DNA from: a virus
Lineage: Duplodnaviria; Caudoviricetes
DNA: 59,683 nucleotides
Strand: one strand, 5' to 3'
Virus record (IMG/VR): IMGVR_UViG_3300030106_002282
Span: 1-59,683 of that record
Below, piece after piece: positions 16,395 to 26,880 of this stretch. The position numbers and the translations under genes are program-made. Each line of letters begins with the position of its first letter. The first letter of the stretch is position 1. Under the pieces are notes generated by a model. It did not search any database and was not told the DNA's origin. It saw nothing but the letters and a program-made list of their open reading frames with translations.

Positions 16395-17240
16395 ATGAAG
16401 TTGATTAAAATTTTGCAAGGTAATTGTTTAGATAAGTTAAAAGAATTACCAGACCAATCAATCAATACTTGTATCACAAGTCCGCCTTATTGGGGTTTAA
16501 GAGATTATGGCGAGGGCGAACAGTTAGGTTTAGAAGATACACCAGAAGAATTTGTTAATAACTTGGTAGAAGTATTCAGAGAAGTTAAACGAGTGTTGCG
16601 AGACGATGGTACTGTTTGGCTTAATTTAGGTGATAGTTATTCAAGTGGTGGCAGAACGACAACGACCAATCAATCTTTACGAGGAGATAAAGATTATGGA
16701 GTGACAAGACCAAAACCAAGTAAAGGCATAAAGCCAAAGGATTTAATCGGTATTCCCTGGCGAGTAGCGTTTGCTTTACAACAAGATGGTTGGTATTTGC
16801 GACAAGATATTATCTGGCACAAGCCAAATCCTATGCCAGAGAGCGTAAGAGATAGATGTACAAAAGCACATGAGTACATATTTTTATTGAGTAAGAGTCC
16901 TAAGTATTATTTTGATAACGAAGCAATCAAAGAACCAACGAAATCCCACGATAAGAGAAACAAACGCTCAGTCTGGACTGTGACTACCAAGCCTTTTAAG
17001 GGGGGGTCACACTTCGCAACATTTCCAATGGATTTAATCGAGCCATGTGTCTTAGCTGGTTGTCCTGAAAATGGCACAGTTTTAGACCCTTTCGGTGGTA
17101 GTGGTACGACAGGTATTGTTGCTAATAGTCATAATCGTAAGGCAGTTTTAATCGAATTGAATACAGAATATATTGAAATAGCAAGAAAAAGGATAGAAGA
17201 ACAAGGCGGATTATTTGCTAATTTGGAGATAATAAAATAG
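16395..17240 (+). CDS. DNA methyltransferase, N4-C/N6-A family (beta class)
   Basis: TSPPY, IIWHK, HFATFP, DPFGGSGTT. Confidence 0.92.
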   Translation: MKLIKILQGNCLDKLKELPDQSINTCITSPPYWGLRDYGEGEQLGLEDTPEEFVNNLVEVFREVKRVLRDDGTVWLNLGDSYSSGGRTTTTNQSLRGDKDYGVTRPKPSKGIKPKDLIGIPWRVAFALQQDGWYLRQDIIWHKPNPMPESVRDRCTKAHEYIFLLSKSPKYYFDNEAIKEPTKSHDKRNKRSVWTVTTKPFKGGSHFATFPMDLIEPCVLAGCPENGTVLDPFGGSGTTGIVANSHNRKAVLIELNTEYIEIARKRIEEQGGLFANLEIIK

Positions 17241-17253
17241 TAGAAGATAAAGT

Positions 17254-17826
17254 ATGATTGACATAAGAATTGCAGAAAAAGACGAAGATAAAAATATTGC
17301 AAACAAAATTGTTGTAGATTTTCATTCTTATGTTAATACACCAAAAGTTGTAGGAAGATGTATAAAATATGTTATCTCATATGATAATAAAGATATTGCA
17401 ACTTTTTGGTTAGGAAGTGGATTTAAACCAACACCCAAAGCAATATTAAATTATTTTAAAGTTTCACAAAAAGAATATGATAAAATTTTTAACGAAGTTG
17501 CAGACAACAAAAGATTTTGTATTAAAGAAAATCCTATATCTAATTTAGGTAGTCAAATATTATCTCGTATTCGTAAAAGAGCAAAAGCAGATTGGTTTAA
17601 TAAATATGGAAATAATTTAAAAGCTATTCTTACTACAGTTGGTAATGATAAAAATGGTTCTGTTTATCTTGCCGATAATTGGAAGGTAATTGGAGAAACA
17701 GCAGGACTACCTAAACGAAATAAAAGCGTTTCTATGAAATGGAATAATAAAGATGAAATTACAGAAAGATATGTTAAACCCACAGGCGAAAATAAAAAAT
17801 TAATATTAATAACCAATATAAAATAG
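17254..17826 (+). CDS. DUF4338 (DruA)/Mom-like GNAT-fold protein
   Basis: FHSYV..GR, NKRFCI, NLGSQILS, DW..YG, GSVYLADNW..IGETAG. Confidence 0.6.
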   Translation: MIDIRIAEKDEDKNIANKIVVDFHSYVNTPKVVGRCIKYVISYDNKDIATFWLGSGFKPTPKAILNYFKVSQKEYDKIFNEVADNKRFCIKENPISNLGSQILSRIRKRAKADWFNKYGNNLKAILTTVGNDKNGSVYLADNWKVIGETAGLPKRNKSVSMKWNNKDEITERYVKPTGENKKLILITNIK

Positions 17827-17827
17827 A

Positions 17828-18262
17828 ATGATGCAGATTAAATTACCGCTAGAAGTTTATTATTCAAAGAATAAAAAGTTTATCTTGAACTTGAATAACT
17901 ATCGCAACGCACACTACAGGGTGTTAGCCAATGCCAAAAAGTTATACTCCGAGAACCTACAAGCTAGTTTTAAAGACTTAGAGCCTTTTACTGAGCCTGT
18001 TGTCTTGGAATACACTTACTATGCAAGGAGCAAAAGACGTATAGATGTGAGCAATCCTTGTTCTATTATTGATAAGTTTACCTGTGATGCTTTGGTAAAA
18101 GCAGGTGTGTTAGCAGATGATAGCTATGACGAGATAGATAAAGTTGTCTATAAATTTGGGGGTGTGGATAAAGCTGACGCTAGATGTGAGCTAGTTATTA
18201 CGCCAAAAAAATATTATTCACTGGTGACAGGAAATGACGCAATAGGAGATGCTGATTTATGA
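17828..18262 (+). CDS. RusA-like Holliday junction resolvase
   Basis: LNNYRN, RRIDVSN..K..CDAL..GVLADD. Confidence 0.8.
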   Translation: MMQIKLPLEVYYSKNKKFILNLNNYRNAHYRVLANAKKLYSENLQASFKDLEPFTEPVVLEYTYYARSKRRIDVSNPCSIIDKFTCDALVKAGVLADDSYDEIDKVVYKFGGVDKADARCELVITPKKYYSLVTGNDAIGDADL

Positions 18263-18630
18263 GTATGTTAGTTGAACAGTTGCAAGAGGATTTGCAAGAA
18301 AGGAAGGCGGATTGGTGGAAATGGCACAAAGCCAATCCTAAAGTTTGGGATAAGTTTGAGGAGTACACCTTAGAAGCTATTGCTTCTGGTCGAAAACACT
18401 ATTCACAATGGGCGATTATCAACAGAATACGTTGGCATAGTGAGATAGAAACTAAAAGTGGCGAGTTTAAAATCAGTAATAACTACATTAGCTTTTATGC
18501 TAGGTTGTTTCATGCCCGTTATCCCGAACACTCTGATTTCTTTAGATTAAAACCATTTAAGGAAGAAAAGATGATAGCTGACTTAGAAAGGGTTGATATT
18601 AATAACAGGGAGTTCGGCTCTTTTTCTTAA
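18259..18630 (+). CDS. Conserved phage hypothetical protein
   Basis: H..NP.V..F, IINRIRW, FKISNNY..YARLF pattern. Confidence 0.7.
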   Translation: MSMLVEQLQEDLQERKADWWKWHKANPKVWDKFEEYTLEAIASGRKHYSQWAIINRIRWHSEIETKSGEFKISNNYISFYARLFHARYPEHSDFFRLKPFKEEKMIADLERVDINNREFGSFS

Positions 18631-21600
18631 CTCTGGTACGAAAGCTAGTCGTTTATCACGTTCTATTTCCATCTGTCTTAGTCGTTCTGATTTTTCTGCA
18701 ACGGATATATTCTCGTTTCTTAATAAACTATTACGTCTTTCTCTGAAGTTAGCTAAATATCTTTCTAAGGCTCTAACTTGACCTTTGATATCTAACACAC
18801 CTTTTCTATTACTTCTATAAGCTGATAGTTCATCAAATCTTTTTTCTTTTTTTAATGAGTTGATAGTTGCTACTGCTCTATCTACTTCGCCTCGTAATTC
18901 ATAAAATTGTTGTTGCAAACCACCTGATTTATCGTAATCTAAAAACAATCTTCTAAATGGAGTATTCTGTAAAAAACTAGCATTTTTAGGCATTAAAGGT
19001 TCGCCTGTGACTAATCTAGTAATAGTGTCAGATAAAGCTACTGCATAGCCTCCTAAAGTGCCTGTGTACCCTCTAAAAATGTGTTCTATTTTAGCAGGAG
19101 AAATATTTAGTTGTTTTCCTATTTCTTTTGATAGTTGGCTAGTGCCTTCTCTATATTGCAACGCAGGTTCTTTTTGTAGTTGATAGTAAGGTACGATGTC
19201 TTGTTTGGTAAATGAATTTTTATTTATTAATGCTTCTACTATTGGTTTTAATACTTGAACACCACCTGCATCAAAAAAAGGTATTGCAAGAGAAGTACCT
19301 AAACCTCTAGATATAGAAGTTCCTGCTTCTTTAACTGAGCTTCTACTAAAAGCTTCATCTCCTAAAGTCATATCAAATAATCTTTCTGGTATTACTTTAA
19401 ATAAAAATCCAACCTCAAAAGGTATGGGTATTTTTAAAGCATAATTAAAAGCCAATGGTACTATCCAATTATCATCTCTTACTTCTCGTTTAAGGTTTTT
19501 ATATTCATCGCTATCATGTACTAATAAATAATATGCAAGAGTTAGACCTCCTAAAATACTAGCCTTTAAAAGCACATTTTTAAGAATACGACCTTGCATA
19601 TCTTTTAAGTTTTCGCCTTGTTGCAGTTTTTCTGTAGCAGAATATGTTCTTGCAATACCAGAACGATAAAGAATATCTAGACCTTGTATTCTGGCATTAA
19701 AAAAAGGTATTGCAGCAGTAATTATTTTAAATATTGGACTTAATCCTCTACGACCAAAGTTAATTATTTCTAGTGCTTGATAAGCTGCTTCTGATTGTGC
19801 CTGTGCTTCGTTATAACCTTCTTTAATTAATTTTTTATAAACTCCATCATAAACTGCTTGTCTTGTTGCACCATCTGACCTTGTAGTTAGTTCGCCTAAA
19901 CCATCCCAAAGTTTAAAAAATAATTTTTGTGCTGACATTGCGTTATCTGGTGTTAGTCCTTCTCTACGCATAGTTCGAGTAATATATTGTTTAACACTAC
20001 CTTCATCGTTAGAAAAGTCATAGCCACCTAACACACCAAACTTTTTAAGGTTTTCCATATCGCCTATCATATTTTTAAATGAATCTATAACAGGTATAAA
20101 GTCTGCACCTGAAGTAACCATAGTAGAAAAAGTATCTCTTAAAATGTTTACCACAATAAAACCTGGGTCTCTAGTAACAGTTTCTCTTAAAAATCCTGCA
20201 GGCATAGCTAATACTTTTTCTATCATGCCTCTTTGTGTACCACCTACAGCTTGCAAAGCATTTACTAACTCTACATCTACTTCGTAGTGTCTTTTAATGC
20301 CTTCATCAAAAACAAATATAGTATTTAACTTAGCAGATTCTTTTGGTGTTACTTCTCTAGCTTCTCCCATAAGTTCTAAGTCTCTTATAAGTTTTGCTAA
20401 TCCATCATTTTTTAATGATGCAGTAAGTATCGATAAAGAGTTTCTAGATATAGCTTCTAAAGGATTTATATCTAAAGGTTTTTCAGAACCTTCTAAAGAA
20501 ATACTTAATGGATTATTGGGCAAAGAACCACCAGCCACAGTAGGAGCAGTAATATTTGTATCATCTATCATGTCTCGATAAAAAGGATAATAACTAGAAT
20601 GTGCTCGCCAAAGGTCTGCTTGTCCTCTGATATCTATATTATTTTGTACAGCAAACTCTCTAATTTCTTCAACACTTCTGCCACCATTTGCTTTTGATAG
20701 TTGAGTAAATCTTTCTATAGTACCTTCATCTATACCTTTTTCTTTTAATTCTTCTATTATTTTATTGTTAGATTTATATTTGCTTATTAATCCTTTATTT
20801 TCTGCAAAGGTAATTAAAGTATTATTCCAACGCTGATAAGCTTCAAAAACATTTTTTACATCAGGATATTGAACTTCTATTTTTTGTATTAAAGCTAAAT
20901 CTTCTTCTTTAATAGGAGATTTGACTACACGACCATCTTCTAAAAATTGTTCAGTACGTTTTAAACTAGCATAAAATTTAAATATAGCTTCTTGGTCTAC
21001 TTCTGGTCTGCTATAAAGTGGTGCTAATATTTGTATTAATCCACCATCTTCACTTTTAATTACATTTGCTAAAGCAGCTACACCATCTATTTTGTCTGAA
21101 ATAGTGCCAGTTGTAAGTAAACCTTGAAATAAACCTCTAGCTCTATCAGCCAAACGTAAAGCTGCCATTGTAGCTGTATCTGCAGTATTGTTAAAAGCTC
21201 TTACTTGTTCATTTGTTTGCTGACCTTTTAAAATTTTCTTATCTGTTTTATCTAGCTTATCAACGTAATTTTCACGAAAGTTTCTAAAATAAAAACCAAT
21301 ATTAGTCACAGGGTTTTTAAATGTTTCTATTAATCTAGCACCAAAAGATTTTTCTGGAGCTTTTTGTCCACCTGTACGATTAATTCCTGCACGAATATCA
21401 TTATCAACACCATCTAAAGTAGGTTTAGACCAATTAGGTATGTCATCAGGTACAGACATATTAGGGTCGTTTTCAAAGTCTATAGCTACTTTTAAAGCTA
21501 TATCAGAGGCATTTGTATTGTATCTAGGTATACCCCCTCTAGGTTGTGATTTCGCCTGTTCTTCAGCCTTTGTGACAGCTTCTCGTAGCTGTATGCTTTC

Positions 21601-24600
21601 TGATGAATTATTATTTTTGTTATATCTAGTGCCTTTAGAAAACAAAGGTATGTTTCCAGAAGGTGCAAGTGTGTCTGGTCGAGTAGCAACCTCTACTGCA
21701 TAATCTAATTTTTCTTCAGTTTGACCACTATCTCTATGTAAAGGTGCTATTGGTCCTAATTTATTTATAGGAAGAATAAAATTATTAAACTCATTTTCTA
21801 CTAATCCTTGATATTGATTTTTTAAAGAAGTAATACCTTGTTCTTGTAAAGTTTGACCATTAGGATTAGGTATACCTTGTTCCATTCTGCCTTGAGGAAA
21901 ATGTATAAATACAGGAATAGTTCTACCACCTCCTTGTCCTATTAATGCAGCTCTATGCCTACCTTCATGTGCAATTACTTGACCATCTCCTTCAATCAAT
22001 AAATTTGGCAATGAAGAAGTTGAAGCAGTATTTATAGAATCTGCTATTTCTGGGTCAAATACAGCACCTCCTAAAAAATCTCTAAAATTTCTTTCAGAGT
22101 CTGCGGGTGCTGTTGGACCTTTTTCTACAATTTCATCAATTTGATTTTTGCCAGTTGTTGTAAGTTTTAAAAAATCATCAACTTGCATTCTTGCAACATG
22201 AGTTAAAGGTATTTCTACTCCATTTTTAAAACCCACCTTAAAACTACTAAATCTTCTTATCTGTCTACGATTAAAGTCCATATATGGAGGTTGTGTTTCT
22301 GTAGCTGCTCTACTAAATAAAGGTATATCTTGAGATACTTGTGGCAGTCTATACATAGTATCTCTATAAGAAAAATCTTTATTTCTACCTTTATTTTCTA
22401 CAAAACCAAATCTTTTATAAAAAGTTTTTAATCTATTTACAGAAGTTGCACCAAAACCTTTGCTAGGAGTTAAGGTAATAATTTTATTATTAACATCTGC
22501 ATAGTTTGTTAAGTCATTCATTACAGAAGTTCCTACTCCAATATTTTTTTCAGGGACTATTATTTTAGATAATGTAATATCATTTTCTGTTTCAGATATA
22601 TCAAGTTCAATATTTTCATTTATATATTTATTTTTTATATCAGAAACTCTACTAAATAAAGGCACATCATCAGGTGGTGCTCTTAATTTTTCTTGCGTTA
22701 CTTCAGGGTTATAAAATATATCTGCTGCATTATTTAAAAAAGCTGCAAACTCTGTATCTAATCTAGCTGGTAAATTTAAAATATCTCTAATGGCTTCAAC
22801 AAATTTATTCCAAACAGTTTTTTTACCTTTATCATCATATGGTATGTTTTCTAAAAAGTTTTGAAATGGTCTATGTGTTAAACCAAATGTAATAAATTCA
22901 GAAGAATCATCAGATTTATCTTTTGCTGATTGTTTGCCCTTAAGAAAATAATTTATAATTGACCCATTCCATTTTTTTAGGTCATCATCTTTCCCAGTAA
23001 TTTCTTTATTAGCAATAGCCATTGCTAGTGACCGCAAAATAACATTATTATCTAAATCTTCACGATTATATTTGTCGCCTGGTTTTCTGGTTTTCTTATA
23101 ATTTTTGTAATCTTGAAGAAGAACAACTTTTTGATTTTCAATATAATTTAAAACTCTTTGTCTTTGTTCATCTAAATTTTCAAATGCTTTGATAGTTTTA
23201 GCAGAAAGTATTTTTTTTGGAACTTTAGAATTTTGTTTTTTTTGTGCTTCAAATAATTTTAATTGTAAAAGACTGGAAGAATGTAAAGTTTCATGCAAAA
23301 TAGTTTCAAAATCCAAACCAGTTTTTGAATTAATAACCATTTTCATAATTTTAGGTGAATCTTCAAAAAAAAGAAAATTGTCTGTTATACGATGACTAAA
23401 TCGAAACTCAACTCGACCCGCAGCTTTAACTGAAGATATAGTAAAAGGTAGTTCAACTCCATATTTTTTTAACTTATTTAATGTTTCTAAAGACTTAGTA
23501 GCTAAAATTCTATAATCTTCACTAGGAGAATTTTTAATAAACCATTTTAGCATTTCTATAGTATCACCACTAGTTCTTACATCTTTACCTTCGCCTATTC
23601 TGTCAGCTTGGTTTACAGTAATTACTCCTGCAGCAGCTAATCCATATGCAATATGAGCCTCTTCCATAATTTTTTCTTCTTGCGTTCTTTTTGTAGAATC
23701 ATAAATAGTATTAGGAATAGATGTAGTTTCTATAGCTGGCTCTTCAGGTTTTACAGGAGGTCTAGCATCTGGAACTTCAGGTTTTACTTCTGGCTCAATA
23801 GTCGGTTCGTCAACTACAGGTGGAGGTGGTGGAGGCGGAGGTGGAGGTGTTGGTCTTATAGGTGCTAAAGGTTCTAATCTGCTAAGTTCTTTTGGTGTTA
23901 ATACAGTATCTATTAAAGCACCTTGTTCTGTTTCTTCAACAGGTTGTTCTGCTTGTGCAGCAGCTCTTGCAGCATCTCTATCTCTTCGGTCTTTTTCTGC
24001 TTGTAAGTCAGCAGGTAACTGACTTATAGCTGCTCCTCTATCTAGCTCTCTAGTAGTTCTTAATTCACCTCTAGCTCTACGACCAACACGACCTTGTTCT
24101 ATTTCAGCAAATACATTGGCTACATCTTTGTAACCAGATAGACGCATGGCTTGTCCTATGCCTTTAAAAAATTCTATAAATTTGTTAAAGATGCCATTAA
24201 CTTTGTTTGGCATGGTTGGACCAATATCTTTAGCACGATACATTTCTGCTATAGCTTCTTCAATGTATAGTTCTTCTGCTCTTTCATCGCTTATACTTAA
24301 ACCTGCTTGTCTACGAGCCTCTATTGTTTCTCTATTTATATCAACTGCTCGGTCATAAAAAGTTTGATTAGCAAATCTTTCATCAAAATCTTTAGGAACT
24401 TTTCTTTTTTTAACTAATCTTCGTAAATAGTTATATTCAGGTTCTGTTAATAAATCTTTAGCTCTTAGTGCATGAATAATTTCGTGGTTAACTACACTCC
24501 TTAAATTTTGTTCTATTTCTGCATCAGTTGCATTGCCATCAGGATTAACAGCATTTAAAGATAAAAAGATGATGTCAGTGTTTCTATCATATTCTCCTTC

Positions 24601-26877
24601 CACAGCTGCTTCTCTGACTTCTCTAGGGTCAAAAGCTACACCTTCTGTTGTTTGTCTGAGAGTTGTAGTTGATAAAATATCATCACTAACTACTACTCCT
24701 GTGTCTGATAAACCAAACTTATCTAATTGTTTTCTTACTTCTTTAGCAAATTTGTTAGTTCTGCCTTCTTCAACAGCTTCAGCAAAGTTAATTAACTTTG
24801 GTTCTATTTCTGCTGGCGGTAAAACTTTTTCTTGTCTTACAGTTTCTTCTTCTATTAATTTAGCTATAACATCCTCAGATAAAGTGCCTTGTTCTCTAAG
24901 ACTTGCACCAAACTCTTCTGGTGTTTGGTCAAAAGCTTCTGCTCGTCTAGCTATTTCAAACTCAAAATTATCTTTTATTTGATAAGCACCTTTATCTTTT
25001 AAGTATTCTGCTCGACCACTAGTTTTTAAATCATTAATAAATCTAGCAGCTTTTTGTTTGTCACCATCAAAAAAAGTTTCTGTATCATTTAAAGTAAATG
25101 GAGTTTTTTCTATTCTAGAAACAAAGTCTGCCATATCTTTTGCAGAATATTCTCTAGGTCTAAAATCAGGAAAATCTTGTTTTTGATTAAATTTAGGAAG
25201 GGCGTGTAATCTAGAAACTAATAATTCTTTTTGACCTTTACTCATACTTTTTAGGTCATTAGAACCTGTATAAATTTTAAGGGCATGAGCTACAGCTGGT
25301 GTATTAAAACTAAAGTTATCTATATTTTTAGATGCAGCTAATTCTTTAATATATTTAGGAGTGGTATTAACGCTATCTTTACCTGCAGTTACTGATGGTT
25401 GTCCATTCTTTTCATTAACAACAAATTGTGCTCTAGCTAAAGCACTAGTTAAATCATTAAATTCTTTTTTAGTTAAATTATTTTTAGCTTCTTCTAAAGA
25501 TAAAGGCTTGGGATTATTATCTAAAAACTTTTGTTTAGCTTTATCAGATATTTTAGTTTTAAAAGCAATAATATTATTAGGCGTAACAGTAGTGGCAATA
25601 GGGTCTAGTAACGATTGCCCTATTTCAAAAGCAGTACCGCTATTTATATTGCCTTGTAAATATAATTGTTTGTTTAGTTCTTGGGTAAGTTGTTGATTGC
25701 TGTAGTCTGTAAATAACTCTTCTTTTTTAGTCAAAGCATCAGCTTCGCTAGTAAAAGTTTCAACTATTGGTTGTGTCGTATTGTTGTTATCAACAATAGA
25801 AAAGGTGTTGTTAGGCAAACTAACAACTTGTAAATCAGGTTCTGGTAAGGTTGCTTCAGGTATTACAAGTTCTGGTTTAACAACTTGTGGTATATCTTGT
25901 ACTTCTGCAAGTGTTCCTTGTTCCTGTGCTTGTTGGAATTTTTTTGCTCGTAATAATTGTGCTTTATTTTCTTGTTCACGTTTTATTTTTTCTTCTGCAT
26001 ATTCATTTTTAATGCCTTGCCTTTTTCGACCAAGACTATTTATTACAGCTTTAGCAGTACCACCAACAATACCTCCTATAGTTAGTTCGTCAAAAAAACT
26101 TTCTCCTATAGGCAAGGTATCACTATATAAACCTCTAGCAGTTAAGTCTTGAGCAAGACTTGCTAAAGATTCTTGTGCTCCCTCTGCAGCAAAACCTGTT
26201 GTAAAGTCTTTAGCTATTTGAGTTATACGAGCATTTATTTCAGGATTACGAGCAGCAGACTTAGGCACTTTTTTAAGAAAAGAAGCTATTGGTACAATTT
26301 CAGATAAACCAATAGCACCACCAATAAGCTCAGATAATATTTCTTGACCAGCATTGGCTTCTTCACCCATGTTTCTAGCTATTTCTAATCGGTCTACTTG
26401 TTCCGAAATACCTGTTGGAACAGCTAATGCAGCTGGTAGTCCAAATGTACCTACACTTGGACTTACTACACCTTTCCTAGCTAAAGCACGACCTGCTAAA
26501 CCTGCACCCAAAAATGGTCCAAATGAACCAAAACCTTCAGCTAATTTAGTAGTATATTTATTTCTTATTGATGGGTCAGAAGCAAATATAGAATCTTCTC
26601 TTATATAATCTCTTGCACCTTGTAAACCTTTTACTAAACTACTGTCATTGCCAATATCAAATAGAGCTGCTAAACCCAATGGTGCACCAACAAGTGTAGA
26701 TAAACCACCTCTTACTATTGATTTAGGTGAATCTGCAACTCTATCTAATATAGATACTTTATCTATATCTAAATCATATTGTCTTTTTATTGCACTAGCT
26801 AGCTCAGACCTTTTTACTGGGTCTATATTATCTGGTATATTTACTACCTTTCCATCAGGTAGATTTATTTTTTGCAT
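18583..26877 (-). CDS. Giant polyvalent virion/ejection protein (metallopeptidase, GNAT, ParB-like, LPD38-like)
   Basis: 2764 aa; HEIIH and HETLH motifs, GVGT..FYKRFGF, HEGRHR, C-terminal INFGRRG..PFFNARIQG..IPIPFEVG. Confidence 0.75.
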   Translation of the reverse strand: MQKINLPDGKVVNIPDNIDPVKRSELASAIKRQYDLDIDKVSILDRVADSPKSIVRGGLSTLVGAPLGLAALFDIGNDSSLVKGLQGARDYIREDSIFASDPSIRNKYTTKLAEGFGSFGPFLGAGLAGRALARKGVVSPSVGTFGLPAALAVPTGISEQVDRLEIARNMGEEANAGQEILSELIGGAIGLSEIVPIASFLKKVPKSAARNPEINARITQIAKDFTTGFAAEGAQESLASLAQDLTARGLYSDTLPIGESFFDELTIGGIVGGTAKAVINSLGRKRQGIKNEYAEEKIKREQENKAQLLRAKKFQQAQEQGTLAEVQDIPQVVKPELVIPEATLPEPDLQVVSLPNNTFSIVDNNNTTQPIVETFTSEADALTKKEELFTDYSNQQLTQELNKQLYLQGNINSGTAFEIGQSLLDPIATTVTPNNIIAFKTKISDKAKQKFLDNNPKPLSLEEAKNNLTKKEFNDLTSALARAQFVVNEKNGQPSVTAGKDSVNTTPKYIKELAASKNIDNFSFNTPAVAHALKIYTGSNDLKSMSKGQKELLVSRLHALPKFNQKQDFPDFRPREYSAKDMADFVSRIEKTPFTLNDTETFFDGDKQKAARFINDLKTSGRAEYLKDKGAYQIKDNFEFEIARRAEAFDQTPEEFGASLREQGTLSEDVIAKLIEEETVRQEKVLPPAEIEPKLINFAEAVEEGRTNKFAKEVRKQLDKFGLSDTGVVVSDDILSTTTLRQTTEGVAFDPREVREAAVEGEYDRNTDIIFLSLNAVNPDGNATDAEIEQNLRSVVNHEIIHALRAKDLLTEPEYNYLRRLVKKRKVPKDFDERFANQTFYDRAVDINRETIEARRQAGLSISDERAEELYIEEAIAEMYRAKDIGPTMPNKVNGIFNKFIEFFKGIGQAMRLSGYKDVANVFAEIEQGRVGRRARGELRTTRELDRGAAISQLPADLQAEKDRRDRDAARAAAQAEQPVEETEQGALIDTVLTPKELSRLEPLAPIRPTPPPPPPPPPPVVDEPTIEPEVKPEVPDARPPVKPEEPAIETTSIPNTIYDSTKRTQEEKIMEEAHIAYGLAAAGVITVNQADRIGEGKDVRTSGDTIEMLKWFIKNSPSEDYRILATKSLETLNKLKKYGVELPFTISSVKAAGRVEFRFSHRITDNFLFFEDSPKIMKMVINSKTGLDFETILHETLHSSSLLQLKLFEAQKKQNSKVPKKILSAKTIKAFENLDEQRQRVLNYIENQKVVLLQDYKNYKKTRKPGDKYNREDLDNNVILRSLAMAIANKEITGKDDDLKKWNGSIINYFLKGKQSAKDKSDDSSEFITFGLTHRPFQNFLENIPYDDKGKKTVWNKFVEAIRDILNLPARLDTEFAAFLNNAADIFYNPEVTQEKLRAPPDDVPLFSRVSDIKNKYINENIELDISETENDITLSKIIVPEKNIGVGTSVMNDLTNYADVNNKIITLTPSKGFGATSVNRLKTFYKRFGFVENKGRNKDFSYRDTMYRLPQVSQDIPLFSRAATETQPPYMDFNRRQIRRFSSFKVGFKNGVEIPLTHVARMQVDDFLKLTTTGKNQIDEIVEKGPTAPADSERNFRDFLGGAVFDPEIADSINTASTSSLPNLLIEGDGQVIAHEGRHRAALIGQGGGRTIPVFIHFPQGRMEQGIPNPNGQTLQEQGITSLKNQYQGLVENEFNNFILPINKLGPIAPLHRDSGQTEEKLDYAVEVATRPDTLAPSGNIPLFSKGTRYNKNNNSSESIQLREAVTKAEEQAKSQPRGGIPRYNTNASDIALKVAIDFENDPNMSVPDDIPNWSKPTLDGVDNDIRAGINRTGGQKAPEKSFGARLIETFKNPVTNIGFYFRNFRENYVDKLDKTDKKILKGQQTNEQVRAFNNTADTATMAALRLADRARGLFQGLLTTGTISDKIDGVAALANVIKSEDGGLIQILAPLYSRPEVDQEAIFKFYASLKRTEQFLEDGRVVKSPIKEEDLALIQKIEVQYPDVKNVFEAYQRWNNTLITFAENKGLISKYKSNNKIIEELKEKGIDEGTIERFTQLSKANGGRSVEEIREFAVQNNIDIRGQADLWRAHSSYYPFYRDMIDDTNITAPTVAGGSLPNNPLSISLEGSEKPLDINPLEAISRNSLSILTASLKNDGLAKLIRDLELMGEAREVTPKESAKLNTIFVFDEGIKRHYEVDVELVNALQAVGGTQRGMIEKVLAMPAGFLRETVTRDPGFIVVNILRDTFSTMVTSGADFIPVIDSFKNMIGDMENLKKFGVLGGYDFSNDEGSVKQYITRTMRREGLTPDNAMSAQKLFFKLWDGLGELTTRSDGATRQAVYDGVYKKLIKEGYNEAQAQSEAAYQALEIINFGRRGLSPIFKIITAAIPFFNARIQGLDILYRSGIARTYSATEKLQQGENLKDMQGRILKNVLLKASILGGLTLAYYLLVHDSDEYKNLKREVRDDNWIVPLAFNYALKIPIPFEVGFLFKVIPERLFDMTLGDEAFSRSSVKEAGTSISRGLGTSLAIPFFDAGGVQVLKPIVEALINKNSFTKQDIVPYYQLQKEPALQYREGTSQLSKEIGKQLNISPAKIEHIFRGYTGTLGGYAVALSDTITRLVTGEPLMPKNASFLQNTPFRRLFLDYDKSGGLQQQFYELRGEVDRAVATINSLKKEKRFDELSAYRSNRKGVLDIKGQVRALERYLANFRERRNSLLRNENISVAEKSERLRQMEIERDKRLAFVPELRKRAELPVININPF

Positions 26878-26880
26878 AAA

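Noticed and set aside
17254-17826. Druantia defence system
   Set aside because: Only a DruA-like gene; no DruE helicase or other dru genes
23818-23852. GGAGGT-type microsatellite
   Set aside because: Encodes the poly-proline linker of the giant protein
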